The notes below the pieces were generated by a model. The model saw only the letters and a program-made list of their open reading frames with translations. It did not search any database and was not told the origin of the DNA. From assembly GCA_018669475.1 (NCBI GenBank), contig JABHCC010000084.1, forward strand, positions 25,912-89,911: a stretch of DNA of 64,000 nt, given 5' to 3'. Source of the stretch: Bacteroidota bacterium (lineage in GTDB: Bacteria; Bacteroidota; Bacteroidia; Bacteroidales; UBA12481). The position numbers were made by a program, and so were the translations under genes. Positions 35,548 through 45,519 of the stretch are shown in pieces; position 1 is the stretch's first letter; each line of letters opens with the position of its first letter.

Positions 35548-37539
35548 ATGAATCACCCTTTTAAAACCAAGTTCAGCATAGCTAAATTAGTCTTCAGGCT
35601 TGTCCTGCTGTGCATGATATCCGGAGTTTTAAATCCTCTGTCTGCCCAGTATATCAAAAGTGAGGTCAATCGCTCAACCAATATCATTATGCTCGATGGT
35701 AAAAGGTACTACCTGCATGAGGTAAAAAGTGGGCACACCCTGTATTCGATCGCAAAGAAATACAATGTTAGTGAAAAACTTATCGGACAGGAGAATCCGG
35801 TGGTTAGGCTTGGGCAAATAAAAAATGGTCAGATTATTAAAATCCCATTGATTGAAGTGACTCAACCACTTGAGGAGATGGAGAAAGATCTGGATAAATA
35901 CATTTATCATATCGTTGCACCAAAACAAACTCTCTCAGCAATTTCCAGACTATATAAAATTCCGGTCCATGACATCATAACTCTGAACCCCGGAATCGAA
36001 TCTATTTTACCAATGGGTAAGGAGCTCAAACTACCCCGAACACAAATTCAAGCCGTTCGTGAAAGCTTCGAACCGGTGGACACTCTGGGATATATTTTCC
36101 ATAAAGTTAAGGCTTTGGAAACTCTTTTCAGCCTTTCACGCTTATACGGCATGAGCGTAAAAGAGATCAAAGAAGCTAATCCTGAATTGCGATGGGGCTT
36201 GAATACGGGTGAGGTGATAAGAATCCCTTCAGCTTCAGGCACGAGTTTGTTTGCTGCTGAGCTATCAGACACATTAGTTATTAAACCTGACATTAGCAAT
36301 AATGAGATTTTCTCAAGAGACCACCTTACGGATGATGGATGTGGTGGGTCAGTAAGACCTCATGATGAAATTAGATTTAAAGTGGCCTTTTTGCTCCCAT
36401 TGTTCGTCAACACCAATGACACCCTCCATCTCAATGATACAATTATATATCCTGAGAACGATGTTTATGCACGTACTATACCATTTTTAGAATACCTCGA
36501 AGGATCATTACTTGCAATTGATTCACTGAGAAAATCAGGATTATCGATGGATATCAGGATTTATGACACTGAGAGGAGTCCTTCAGTTGTCAGAGACCTG
36601 GTGACCAGTGGAAAACTCAATGATGTTGATCTCATTTTCGGACCGGTTTATCCTGAAACTATTGAAATTGCTTCAATATTCTCGAGGTTAAAACATATAC
36701 CTTTAGTGTCACCATTATCGTCACGTGGAATCGGAATAGAAGATAATCCTTACTTGTTTCAGGTTAATCCCACAGAAGGATTGCAGCATGAACTGGCATC
36801 TATTTATTTGTCTCGTTTTTATGACAAGAACATCCTTCTGGTGAAAGATACAAACGATTATAATCGTGTAACAAATCGTTACAGCAGAAGAATTTTCAAT
36901 TACCTTACCTACAAAGTCAATCCAAAAGACATCAGATACAGAGATATTCTGTTTACCGATAAAGACCGCTCTATCTCGTTAGAAGACAGCCTGGCATTCC
37001 GGCTGGAAGATGTACTTAGTCTGGGCAGAGAAAATCTTGTAATTATTCCTTCAACAAACAAAGTCTTTGTCGCAGACGTAATAAATCGTCTGAACAACCT
37101 AACATTGCATTACGATATTACAGTATTTGGTAATCCTCAGTGGGGAAGATTTGATGCTTTACAATTGGAATCTCTGTATAAACTCAACTTGCACTATTAT
37201 ACAAACTTCAGCAATCCATATGTTAATTATGGAGATTCATTAACTCTGGATGTTTGCAAACGACACAGGCTTAACTGGAATAATGAACCTACCCGTTTTA
37301 GTTTCCAGGGATTTGATGTAACATACTATTTTATAAGGGCCTTATACTTGTTTGGCAGAGACATGGTTGACAATGTTGATTGCTGGCCAATCATCCTCAA
37401 TCACCCGACATTGCAAACAAATTTTCACTTCACACGTAAATCACCAGCATACGGATTTGAGAACCAAGCGCTTTCCATAGTAAGATATAACCCTGAGACT
37501 CTCGTCAAAGAGAAAATCAACAGCACCATAAAGAACTAG
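35548..37539 (+). CDS. LysM-repeat protein with C-terminal periplasmic-binding-protein-like domain
   Basis: Three LysM repeats (HEVKSGHTLYSIAKKY, HIVAPKQTLSAIS, HKVKALETLFSLS), then VAFLLP..EG.LLA.DSL, DLIFGP, GFD..YYF; TAATTTTG promoter at 35520-35527 supports start 35548. Confidence 0.85.
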   Translation: MNHPFKTKFSIAKLVFRLVLLCMISGVLNPLSAQYIKSEVNRSTNIIMLDGKRYYLHEVKSGHTLYSIAKKYNVSEKLIGQENPVVRLGQIKNGQIIKIPLIEVTQPLEEMEKDLDKYIYHIVAPKQTLSAISRLYKIPVHDIITLNPGIESILPMGKELKLPRTQIQAVRESFEPVDTLGYIFHKVKALETLFSLSRLYGMSVKEIKEANPELRWGLNTGEVIRIPSASGTSLFAAELSDTLVIKPDISNNEIFSRDHLTDDGCGGSVRPHDEIRFKVAFLLPLFVNTNDTLHLNDTIIYPENDVYARTIPFLEYLEGSLLAIDSLRKSGLSMDIRIYDTERSPSVVRDLVTSGKLNDVDLIFGPVYPETIEIASIFSRLKHIPLVSPLSSRGIGIEDNPYLFQVNPTEGLQHELASIYLSRFYDKNILLVKDTNDYNRVTNRYSRRIFNYLTYKVNPKDIRYRDILFTDKDRSISLEDSLAFRLEDVLSLGRENLVIIPSTNKVFVADVINRLNNLTLHYDITVFGNPQWGRFDALQLESLYKLNLHYYTNFSNPYVNYGDSLTLDVCKRHRLNWNNEPTRFSFQGFDVTYYFIRALYLFGRDMVDNVDCWPIILNHPTLQTNFHFTRKSPAYGFENQALSIVRYNPETLVKEKINSTIKN

Positions 37540-37569
37540 GGCTGAAATCAGTAAATAATAAATGATTTT

Positions 37570-38568
37570 CTAGCTACCCAGTGTTGCAACCATTACAGCT
37601 TTGATAGTATGTAAGCGGTTTTCTGCCTGATCAAAAACTATTGAGTGTTCTGATTCAAAAACCTCTTCATCAACTTCCATTCCATTCAAGCCAAACTTCT
37701 GATAGATGTCTTCTCCTAATACAGTCTCACGGTTATGGAATGCAGGTAAACAATGTAAAAATTTAACCTCGGGGTTACCAGTTTTTTCAAGCATCTTCAT
37801 ATTCACCTGATAAGGCTTCAAGAGTTCAACTCTTTCTTTCCAGACCTCTTCCTTTTCCCCCATTGAAACCCAGACATCAGTATACAGAAAGTCACAGTTC
37901 TCAACCGCTTGTTCTATATTATCAGTAATCATGATGTCGGCACCAGTTCTTTTAGCAATGTCCTCACAAGTTCTTACCAGCTCATCCAATGGCTGTACTT
38001 CTTTTGGCGCCGCAATCCTTACATCCATACCCATTTTTACAGCACCTACCAGGAGGGAATTTCCCATGTTATTTCGTGCATCCCCAAGATAGCAAAAGCT
38101 AATTTCCGTTAGAGGAGCATTAGCATGCTCAATCATTGTCATAAAATCAGCCAGCACCTGGGTTGGATGATATTCGTTAGTTAAACCATTCCAGACAGGT
38201 ACATTTGCAAATTCAGCCAGTTCCTCAACCGTAGTCTGGGCAAAACCTCTGTACTGAATTCCATCATACATACGCCCCAAAACCCGGGCAGTATCTTTCA
38301 TTGATTCTTTATATCCAATCTGCGAACCTGAAGGTCCGAGATAGGTAATATGGGCCCCCTGATCATATGCAGCCACTTCAAAAGCACAGCGTGTTCTGGT
38401 TGAAGCTTTTTCAAAAATCAAGGCAATATTTTTACCTTTCAGTTTGGCTCGCTCGTAACCGCCATATTTTGCGGCTTTGAGATCAAGAGAAAGATCAATT
38501 AAAAATTCAATTTCTTTTGGAGTGAAGTCAAGCAACTTAACAAAGCTGCGGTTTCGAAGATTAAACAT
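37570..38568 (-). CDS. argF: Ornithine carbamoyltransferase (probably catabolic ArcB)
   Basis: STRTR, HPTQ, DVWVSMG, HCLP, AENR motifs; immediately downstream of carbamate kinase. Confidence 0.95.
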   Translation of the reverse strand: MFNLRNRSFVKLLDFTPKEIEFLIDLSLDLKAAKYGGYERAKLKGKNIALIFEKASTRTRCAFEVAAYDQGAHITYLGPSGSQIGYKESMKDTARVLGRMYDGIQYRGFAQTTVEELAEFANVPVWNGLTNEYHPTQVLADFMTMIEHANAPLTEISFCYLGDARNNMGNSLLVGAVKMGMDVRIAAPKEVQPLDELVRTCEDIAKRTGADIMITDNIEQAVENCDFLYTDVWVSMGEKEEVWKERVELLKPYQVNMKMLEKTGNPEVKFLHCLPAFHNRETVLGEDIYQKFGLNGMEVDEEVFESEHSIVFDQAENRLHTIKAVMVATLGS

Positions 38569-38577
38569 AATGAATGA

Positions 38578-39561
38578 CTATTTTTTTATTCGTTTGTTAC
38601 TATCAACCGGATCATAATTCCGGGTAATTTTACTGCCGTAGTTTTTATCTTCCAATTTGAAAGCTTCTGTAATGATAGCTTTTGCCCCTCCCCCCTCAAT
38701 AAACTGCAAACAGGCACGGATTTTTGGAGCCATACTGCCCTCTCCAAATTCACCACTTTCAAGATACCTGACAGTATCCTTATAATCAAGAAACTCTAAA
38801 ATCTCCTGATCGGGCTTATTAAAATTACGGTAGATATATGGTACATCTGTCAATACATAAAATTCATCTGCCTCTATTCTGGCAGCCAACAGGGCACATG
38901 CCAGATCCTTATCAATAACTGCCTCTGCTGCTCTTACATCCCCGTTTTCATCATAATAAACAGGAATTCCTCCTCCTCCAACAGCTATGGTTATAACACC
39001 CTGACGAGCCAGGGTTTCCACAACCTTTTCATTTACAATACGAAGGGGTTGAGGGGATGGAACCACACGCCTCCATGCATCATCTCCCTTAGGGGATTTC
39101 TTAAAAATCCACTTCTTCTTCTCTGCCAAAGCATCTGCTTCTAATTTGGTATAAACCTTACCAACTCTCTTTGTCGGATTAGCAAAGGCTGGGTCCTTAT
39201 CATTTACAATGACAGCTGTCACCAAAGTAACAACCTCTTTTTCAATATTATGCTTCTTGAGTACATTCCTGAGCATCCTTTCTATCATATAACCTATACC
39301 ACCCTGAGAATCTGCCACACAAATATCCAGTGGCATAGGTGGAATATCATATTGGGATTCTCCGGCATCATTCCTCATTAGTATATTTCCTACCTGAGGT
39401 CCATTACCGTGTGACAAAACTAAATCATACCCCGCCTTGATTAGAAAAACTAAATTTTCGAGGGTCGCAGTAGTATTTTTTTCCTGCTCTTCTATGGTTC
39501 CTGCCTGATCAACACGCAGTAATGCATTTCCTCCCAGCGCAATGACAGCAAGTTTATTCAT
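38578..39561 (-). CDS. arcC: Carbamate kinase
   Basis: ALGGNA, HGNGPQVG, RRVVPSP, GGGGIP, EAVIDKD, GSMAPK. Confidence 0.95.
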   Translation of the reverse strand: MNKLAVIALGGNALLRVDQAGTIEEQEKNTTATLENLVFLIKAGYDLVLSHGNGPQVGNILMRNDAGESQYDIPPMPLDICVADSQGGIGYMIERMLRNVLKKHNIEKEVVTLVTAVIVNDKDPAFANPTKRVGKVYTKLEADALAEKKKWIFKKSPKGDDAWRRVVPSPQPLRIVNEKVVETLARQGVITIAVGGGGIPVYYDENGDVRAAEAVIDKDLACALLAARIEADEFYVLTDVPYIYRNFNKPDQEILEFLDYKDTVRYLESGEFGEGSMAPKIRACLQFIEGGGAKAIITEAFKLEDKNYGSKITRNYDPVDSNKRIKK

Positions 39562-39582
39562 AACTTAAATTATTAAGGATTA

Positions 39583-39590
39583 CAAAGCTA
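39583..39590 (-). promoter_or_regulatory. Bacteroidota -7 promoter element for arcC-argF
   Basis: TAGCTTTG on the minus strand, ~22 nt upstream of the arcC ATG. Confidence 0.55.
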
Positions 39591-39748
39591 AAAATATTTT
39601 TAAGAGTATAACATGACTAAAACCTATAGTTTAGCCCAATTTCAGCGGCTTCCAGAAGACCACCAAAGTTCCTGTTTCAGTTTTTTTTTCTACTTTAGTT
39701 GTTTATTGCTGATCTAAGATCTGGCTGGATTTAAAACATGTTGTAAGT

Positions 39749-42172
39749 ATGGCAAAACAGAAAAGAAAACCTGCAAAAAAAGCCAAAAAGAAAAGACCAA
39801 TCAGGAAGAAATTTGACACACGTGTAAAAGTAGTTTTGGGTTTGCTTTGCCTATTCATTGCTCTATTTACCGGTATCGCTATGATTTCTTTCATTTTTAC
39901 ATGGCAGGCAGATCAAAGTTTTCTTGATCAGGCCAGGTCAGCTACCCTGGCCAATCCCGACATCCAGGTTGAAAACTGGGCCGGAAAAGCAGGTGCAATA
40001 ATTGGTAATATTTTCATTTACAAATGGTTTGGGATTTCATCTTTGGCCTTTGTATTTCTAATCGTTCTATTGGGTTTTGAACTTATTGGTACACGTTTAA
40101 TGCTACCATGGAGAACACTGAAATACACAATCCTGATAATTATATGGTCATCTATTACACTTGCTCATGTTTTCGGTGAGGATGTTTTTCTTCTGGGCGG
40201 AGGACATGGCAAATATATTTCAGAATGGTTGACAGCTCTTCTTGGGCCGGCAGGAATAGCTGCTTTCATTATTGTAAGCGGTCTGGTGATTATTGTTTTC
40301 CTTTTTAGAATTACTCCCGATTTACTACGGCCCAGGGAAAAACCAGAAGTATTATTTGATGAAGATGAATTCACTGATGCCTCAGATAAGAAAGAAGAAT
40401 TTGTAGTCTCTGACAAACAAAACAATCAAGATCCAAATAATCAAGATATTATCTCTCAGATTGACAATCTCCAGGTATCGAAAACTGTTAACGAAAACGA
40501 TCAGATCAGTGTTGATTTCAATCCGGATATAGCTGAACTTAACCCAAGCGCACCCCCCCCAAGCACTGAAGGTGACACTCCGGACCCGGCTGATCCTGAG
40601 ATGACAATTGATCATGCTTCAGACCGTAAAGAAGAGTTAATTAAAAAGAATCATCCTACTACTAATGAAAATTATGACCCGACCCAGGATCTCTCATCGT
40701 ATAAATTTCCAGGTTTGGATCTGCTTCGTGATCATACCCGCAGTAACTCAAAAGTTAGTGATGAAGAACTGATAAGTAACAAGAATCGCATTGTTCAAAC
40801 TTTGGGGAATTATAAAATTAAGATCGAAAAAATCAAAGCCACAATTGGCCCGACAATAACTTTATATGAAATAATTCCTGCCCCTGGTGTTCGGATATCA
40901 AAAATTAAAAGCCTTGAGGATGATATTGCCCTGAGCTTATCTGCTTTGGGTATCCGAATAATTGCACCCATTCCAGGGAGAGGAACTATCGGCATTGAAG
41001 TTCCTAATCGTAAACCAGAGGTGGTCTCAATGCACTCATTACTGGCGTCCAAAAAATTTCAGGATTCCTCATATGAATTGCCTATTGCAATGGGTAAAAC
41101 AATTAGTAATGAGACATTTATGCTTGACCTGGCTAGAATGCCTCACCTTTTAGTTGCTGGAGCTACCGGTCAGGGGAAATCAGTTGGGCTTAATGTTATT
41201 ATAGCTTCTATTCTGTACAAAAAACATCCATCTGAAGTTAAGTTTGTTCTGATTGATCCAAAAAAAGTTGAACTCACTCTCTATACCAAACTTCTTCATC
41301 ATTATTTAGCAGTTCTCCCGGATGTTGATGATGCCATCATTACAGAAACCCAACAGGTTATTCAAACACTGAACTCTTTAAGTGTTGAAATGGATGACCG
41401 ATACAACTTGCTTAAAGCGGCTGAAGTCAGAAATATCAAAGAATACAACCAGAAATTTGTAGCACGACGTCTGAATCCAGAAAAAGGACACAGGTATTTA
41501 CCGTATTTTGTTGTAATCATTGATGAATTTGCTGATCTGATCATGACGGCTGGCAAAGAGATTGAACTTCCGCTTACAAGAATTGCACAGTTAGCCAGAG
41601 CAGTTGGTATTCATATGGTGATTGCCACTCAGCGTCCGTCAACAAATATAATCACAGGTACAATTAAGGCTAATTTCCCAGGCCGAATAGCATTCCGGGT
41701 CTCATCAATGATTGATTCGCGTACAATTCTTGACAGTCCGGGAGCAAATCACCTTGTGGGCAGGGGTGACATGCTTATCTCTCAGGGCGCTGACCTCGAA
41801 CGTTTACAGTGTGCTTTTATTGACACTCCGGAAGTGGAAGCAATAACCCAACACATATCCAACCAACGAGGTTATCCTCAGGCCTGGCTCCTGCCCGAAC
41901 CACGCACGGCAAATGAGGAAGAAAAAGGACAGGTTAATATGGACAAGCTTGATGATCTTTTTGAAGATGCTGCCAGGCTTCTGGTAACAACTCAACAGGG
42001 ATCAACAAGTTCGATTCAGCGAAAATTCTCCATTGGTTATAACAGAGCAGGTCGTATAATGGACCAGCTCGAAGCCGCAGGAGTAGTAGGACCTGTAGAT
42101 GGCAGTAAACCAAGACAAGTATTATTCCAGGATGCATATTCGCTGGAGAAATTTCTAAATGATCAAATATAA
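39749..42172 (+). CDS. ftsK: DNA translocase FtsK
   Basis: 4TM N-domain, MPHLLVAGATGQGKS, IIDEFAD, ATQRPS, gamma domain IGYNRAGRIMDQLE. Confidence 0.97.
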   Translation: MAKQKRKPAKKAKKKRPIRKKFDTRVKVVLGLLCLFIALFTGIAMISFIFTWQADQSFLDQARSATLANPDIQVENWAGKAGAIIGNIFIYKWFGISSLAFVFLIVLLGFELIGTRLMLPWRTLKYTILIIIWSSITLAHVFGEDVFLLGGGHGKYISEWLTALLGPAGIAAFIIVSGLVIIVFLFRITPDLLRPREKPEVLFDEDEFTDASDKKEEFVVSDKQNNQDPNNQDIISQIDNLQVSKTVNENDQISVDFNPDIAELNPSAPPPSTEGDTPDPADPEMTIDHASDRKEELIKKNHPTTNENYDPTQDLSSYKFPGLDLLRDHTRSNSKVSDEELISNKNRIVQTLGNYKIKIEKIKATIGPTITLYEIIPAPGVRISKIKSLEDDIALSLSALGIRIIAPIPGRGTIGIEVPNRKPEVVSMHSLLASKKFQDSSYELPIAMGKTISNETFMLDLARMPHLLVAGATGQGKSVGLNVIIASILYKKHPSEVKFVLIDPKKVELTLYTKLLHHYLAVLPDVDDAIITETQQVIQTLNSLSVEMDDRYNLLKAAEVRNIKEYNQKFVARRLNPEKGHRYLPYFVVIIDEFADLIMTAGKEIELPLTRIAQLARAVGIHMVIATQRPSTNIITGTIKANFPGRIAFRVSSMIDSRTILDSPGANHLVGRGDMLISQGADLERLQCAFIDTPEVEAITQHISNQRGYPQAWLLPEPRTANEEEKGQVNMDKLDDLFEDAARLLVTTQQGSTSSIQRKFSIGYNRAGRIMDQLEAAGVVGPVDGSKPRQVLFQDAYSLEKFLNDQI

Positions 42173-42806
42173 ACGGATGCATAATATCAAAATAATTTTA
42201 TCAATAATAGTATTGTTTGTTATTTCAGCAAACCTGAGAGCACAAGACAATGCACGTGAGATACTCGATCAGGTATCAACACATCTTCTCTCTTATAGCG
42301 CCTTGCAGGCCGATTTCAGTTTCACCCTCGAGAATACCGAGGCAGATATTTCTGATACTTTTGAAGGAAGTATGGTAATGCAGGGAGATAAATTCAGATT
42401 AACAATGATGGGTATACTGGCATTGTGCAACGGTGAAATGCTGTGGAACTATTCTGAAGATCTAAATGAAGCCACTATCGTCGATCCCATGGAAAGTGAG
42501 TTTTTTAATCCGAAAAATATCTTTACTCTTTACCAAAAGGATTTCGATTTAAAAACCATCTCAAAAAAAAGTGGATCACAAACAATTGAGCTATTACCCT
42601 CAAGCGAAAATGATGATTACTCACGAATCCTGATTACTATAGATCTCACAAAAAAGCTTATCCGGGAGGTAAAATATTTTGGTACCGATGACAATCAGTA
42701 TATCATTGAGATATCAAATGTAATACCGGATGTGCAGGTAGATGATAGATTCTTTATTTTTGATGCATCGAAATATCCTGACGTTGAAATATTTGACATG
42801 AGATAA
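42159..42806 (+). CDS. lolA: Outer-membrane lipoprotein carrier LolA
   Basis: Follows ftsK; signal peptide; G.KFRL..NG..W.Y...NE, F.FD..KYP.VEI.D.R. Confidence 0.8.
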   Translation: MIKYKRMHNIKIILSIIVLFVISANLRAQDNAREILDQVSTHLLSYSALQADFSFTLENTEADISDTFEGSMVMQGDKFRLTMMGILALCNGEMLWNYSEDLNEATIVDPMESEFFNPKNIFTLYQKDFDLKTISKKSGSQTIELLPSSENDDYSRILITIDLTKKLIREVKYFGTDDNQYIIEISNVIPDVQVDDRFFIFDASKYPDVEIFDMR

Positions 42807-42823
42807 ACCTAATCTAATACTGT

Positions 42824-44008
42824 ATGGAAACCCTGATTTTGCTTCTTGTATTTTTTCTGGTACCTGCCGGGATTATCTATGTTTGTGAACGTGTAAAATG
42901 GGTAAATAAAATAGGTGCGATAATTTGGGCCTACGCCATCGGACTGGCACTCCGGGCAATTGGAGTTCTACCTGATATGCCACTAGATCCGGATGTAACA
43001 TTTGAAGCTATGAATGTCATTCAGAAAATCGCAAGCCTTTCAGTTCCAATAGCCCTACCCTTACTCCTCTTCTCACTTGATTTCAGAAAATGGATTAAGC
43101 ATGCGAAAAAAACTATGCTGGCTCTCATTCTGGCCTTTGTTTCAGTTATTGTCGCCGTTGTTCTGGGTTATTATTTCTTTGGCCAGCATATTGATGACGG
43201 GCATAAAGTTGCAGGGCTCCTTACCGGGGTTTACACTGGTGGAACACCGAACATGGCAGCAATCAGAACAGCCATCGGCGTAGACCAGAATACATACATC
43301 CTTACTCATACTTATGATATGGCCGTTTGTCTGGTATGGTTCATTTTCATTATAACAATCGGGCAAAAAGTATTAAATAAGTTTTTACCAGCATACAAAC
43401 CATTAAATAATAAGGAATCGAAAAAAGCGAATTATGATGGAGGAGAATTCGATTCATATAAAGGAATGTTAAAACCAAGAAGAATACTGCCTCTTTTTGC
43501 AGCTCTTGGTATATCAGTTTTAATTTTTACTGCCGGATTTGGCCTGTCGCTGCTCTTTCATCCCGACCATCAAACAATGGTTCTTATACTCTTTATTACT
43601 ACAGCAGCTATAGTTGTTTCTTTTATAAAATCGATTAACAGAATTGAGAAGTCTTTCCAATTCGGAATGTATCTGATAATTGTTTTTAGTATGGCAGTCG
43701 CTTCAATGGCTGACTTCAGCTCTCTGATAAATATTTCAGGAAATCTATTCTTCTATGTTGTATTGGCTGTCTGGGGAAGCCTGATTATTCATATTCTGCT
43801 TTCAATGATCTTTAAGATAGATACCGATACGGTAATCATTACCTCAACTGCATTGGCTTTCTCTCCTCCATTTGTTCCTGTTGTAGCAGCAGCACTGAAG
43901 AATAAAGAGATAATAATTGCCGGACTTACTGTTGGATTGATTGGATATGCTGTAGGAAATTATCTGGGAATCGGAATTGCCCAGATTTTGCAAAATTTTG
44001 GAGGATGA
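42824..44008 (+). CDS. DUF819 family membrane protein
   Basis: ~11 TM helices; P.ALPLLLF, GVYTGGTPN, G..GYAVGNYLG. Confidence 0.85.
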   Translation: METLILLLVFFLVPAGIIYVCERVKWVNKIGAIIWAYAIGLALRAIGVLPDMPLDPDVTFEAMNVIQKIASLSVPIALPLLLFSLDFRKWIKHAKKTMLALILAFVSVIVAVVLGYYFFGQHIDDGHKVAGLLTGVYTGGTPNMAAIRTAIGVDQNTYILTHTYDMAVCLVWFIFIITIGQKVLNKFLPAYKPLNNKESKKANYDGGEFDSYKGMLKPRRILPLFAALGISVLIFTAGFGLSLLFHPDHQTMVLILFITTAAIVVSFIKSINRIEKSFQFGMYLIIVFSMAVASMADFSSLINISGNLFFYVVLAVWGSLIIHILLSMIFKIDTDTVIITSTALAFSPPFVPVVAAALKNKEIIIAGLTVGLIGYAVGNYLGIGIAQILQNFGG

Positions 44009-44012
44009 GGCA

Positions 44013-44082
44013 GAAGTCGGGAATTCCCCGATTGCATCGGGGCGAGAATCCCCGATAAAAATCGGGGCAGGCGGGAAATCGG
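44013..44082 (+). repeat. REP-like palindromic element
   Basis: Two hairpins, CCCCGAT-tgc-ATCGGGG and CCCCGAT-aaaa-ATCGGGG; shares both termini with the element inside coaBC. Confidence 0.85.
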
Positions 44083-44095
44083 AAATGAAAGGAGA

Positions 44096-45385
44096 GTGAT
44101 GGGATCTTATTTGTTTATTGAAGTTCGTGGTTTGTTGAGGATAAGTATTTTATTGCTTGTTTTGCTTCTTCCTGTCAGGGCATCTTTTTCGCAATTCCAC
44201 CTTGGCACTGTTCAGGATATTACTTTTCACAGTCAGGCTCTTGATAGTGAAAGTACTGTTCGGGTTTACTTGCCACCAGACTACAATCCTGAAAACAGCT
44301 ACAAAAAATACCCTGTTATTTACACTCTTCATGGTGCATCTGTAGGATATGATGTTTATAGTTTTATGTTTCCGATTATTGATGCTCTGTGGCTCAGCGG
44401 TTCACTGGAACATTTTATTCTCGTTATGCCCGATGGACTGGTTGGCCCCTTTAATGGAAGTTTTTACACTAACTCTTCCCTTTATGGGAATTACGAAGAT
44501 CTGATTAGTTATGATATTGTTCCTCTGATTGATTCATTATTCAATACTAATCCAAGCAGGGATATGCGAGCCATAATGGGGCATTCAATGGGATCATACG
44601 GAGCCTTCAAACAAGTGCTGAAGCATCCCGACTTGTTTTGTGCAATAGCAGCTCACTCCGGCCCTAATAATATTGAGATGTTGCAGATGCTGATACCAGA
44701 TGTTAAAGCCGAAAATGGTGATCCTCCATATACCTGGAATCATGAGCCTGGCAAAGGTCTTACAAACCTTATGATGACCATGGCAGGAGCTTTTTCTCCC
44801 AATCCGACATCACCAAACCTTGTTGACTTTCCGCTGGATGCTCAGGCTGAAATTATTGACTCTGTTTTGGATCGTTGGAATCCTCATAATATTGCTGAAA
44901 TGGTACGTTGGCATATGCCAGCTACCGATCTGGAAATATATTTTGATTGTGGTGCACAGGATGAGTATCATCTTCACCTCCAAAACCGGGCTTTATCAGA
45001 TACCCTCAATATATTCGGCATCAAGCATCATTATGTTGAATATAACGGTGATCATACCAGTGGTTTGGTATTCAGGGTGCCTATCGCGTTTAGCTTTATT
45101 AATGGTGTTTTTAAAAGAAATCTAACTCAAATTGAGATTGATGCCAGACCCGAACCAATCGTGGTCAATGTTTTTCCAAATCCTGGCACCGGAATATTCT
45201 ATTTCGAGCCTGAGAAACCCGAACTGCTCCAAAGTATCATGATTAGAGATATTCAGGGATCACTGCTTGAAACATTCAGCCCAGAACAAAACCCAATCAA
45301 TCTTGAGCACCTCGCGGGAGGGATGTACTTCATTCATTTTCAATACAAAAAAACAAGCACTGCCTTTTCTATCATAAAAGAATAA
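44096..45385 (+). CDS. Alpha/beta-hydrolase esterase with T9SS type A C-terminal domain
   Basis: VYLPP.Y, YPVIY.LHG, GHSMG nucleophile, CG..D, G.H; C-terminal VFPNP...L..GMYF..IIKE sorting signal. Confidence 0.88.
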   Translation: MMGSYLFIEVRGLLRISILLLVLLLPVRASFSQFHLGTVQDITFHSQALDSESTVRVYLPPDYNPENSYKKYPVIYTLHGASVGYDVYSFMFPIIDALWLSGSLEHFILVMPDGLVGPFNGSFYTNSSLYGNYEDLISYDIVPLIDSLFNTNPSRDMRAIMGHSMGSYGAFKQVLKHPDLFCAIAAHSGPNNIEMLQMLIPDVKAENGDPPYTWNHEPGKGLTNLMMTMAGAFSPNPTSPNLVDFPLDAQAEIIDSVLDRWNPHNIAEMVRWHMPATDLEIYFDCGAQDEYHLHLQNRALSDTLNIFGIKHHYVEYNGDHTSGLVFRVPIAFSFINGVFKRNLTQIEIDARPEPIVVNVFPNPGTGIFYFEPEKPELLQSIMIRDIQGSLLETFSPEQNPINLEHLAGGMYFIHFQYKKTSTAFSIIKE

Positions 45386-45386
45386 T

Positions 45387-45500
45387 GTCCGAAGTCCGGA
45401 AAAGGTCCGGGGTCCGAAGTCTGGAAAAAGGTCCGGAAAAGGTCCGGGAAAGGTCCGGAAAAGGTCCGGAAAAGGTCCGGAAAAGGTCCGGGGTTCGAAG
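45387..45500. repeat. Tandem 11-mer TCCGGAAAAGG array with GTCCGRR heptamers
   Basis: Seven near-identical TCCGGAAAAGG units (six consecutive) between convergent genes. Confidence 0.92.
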
Positions 45501-45519
45501 TATTGGGTACTGCTTGTTT

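Noticed and set aside
40553-40560. C8 homopolymer in ftsK as a phase-variation site
   Set aside because: The frame is intact, it encodes Pro residues in the linker, and ftsK is normally essential.
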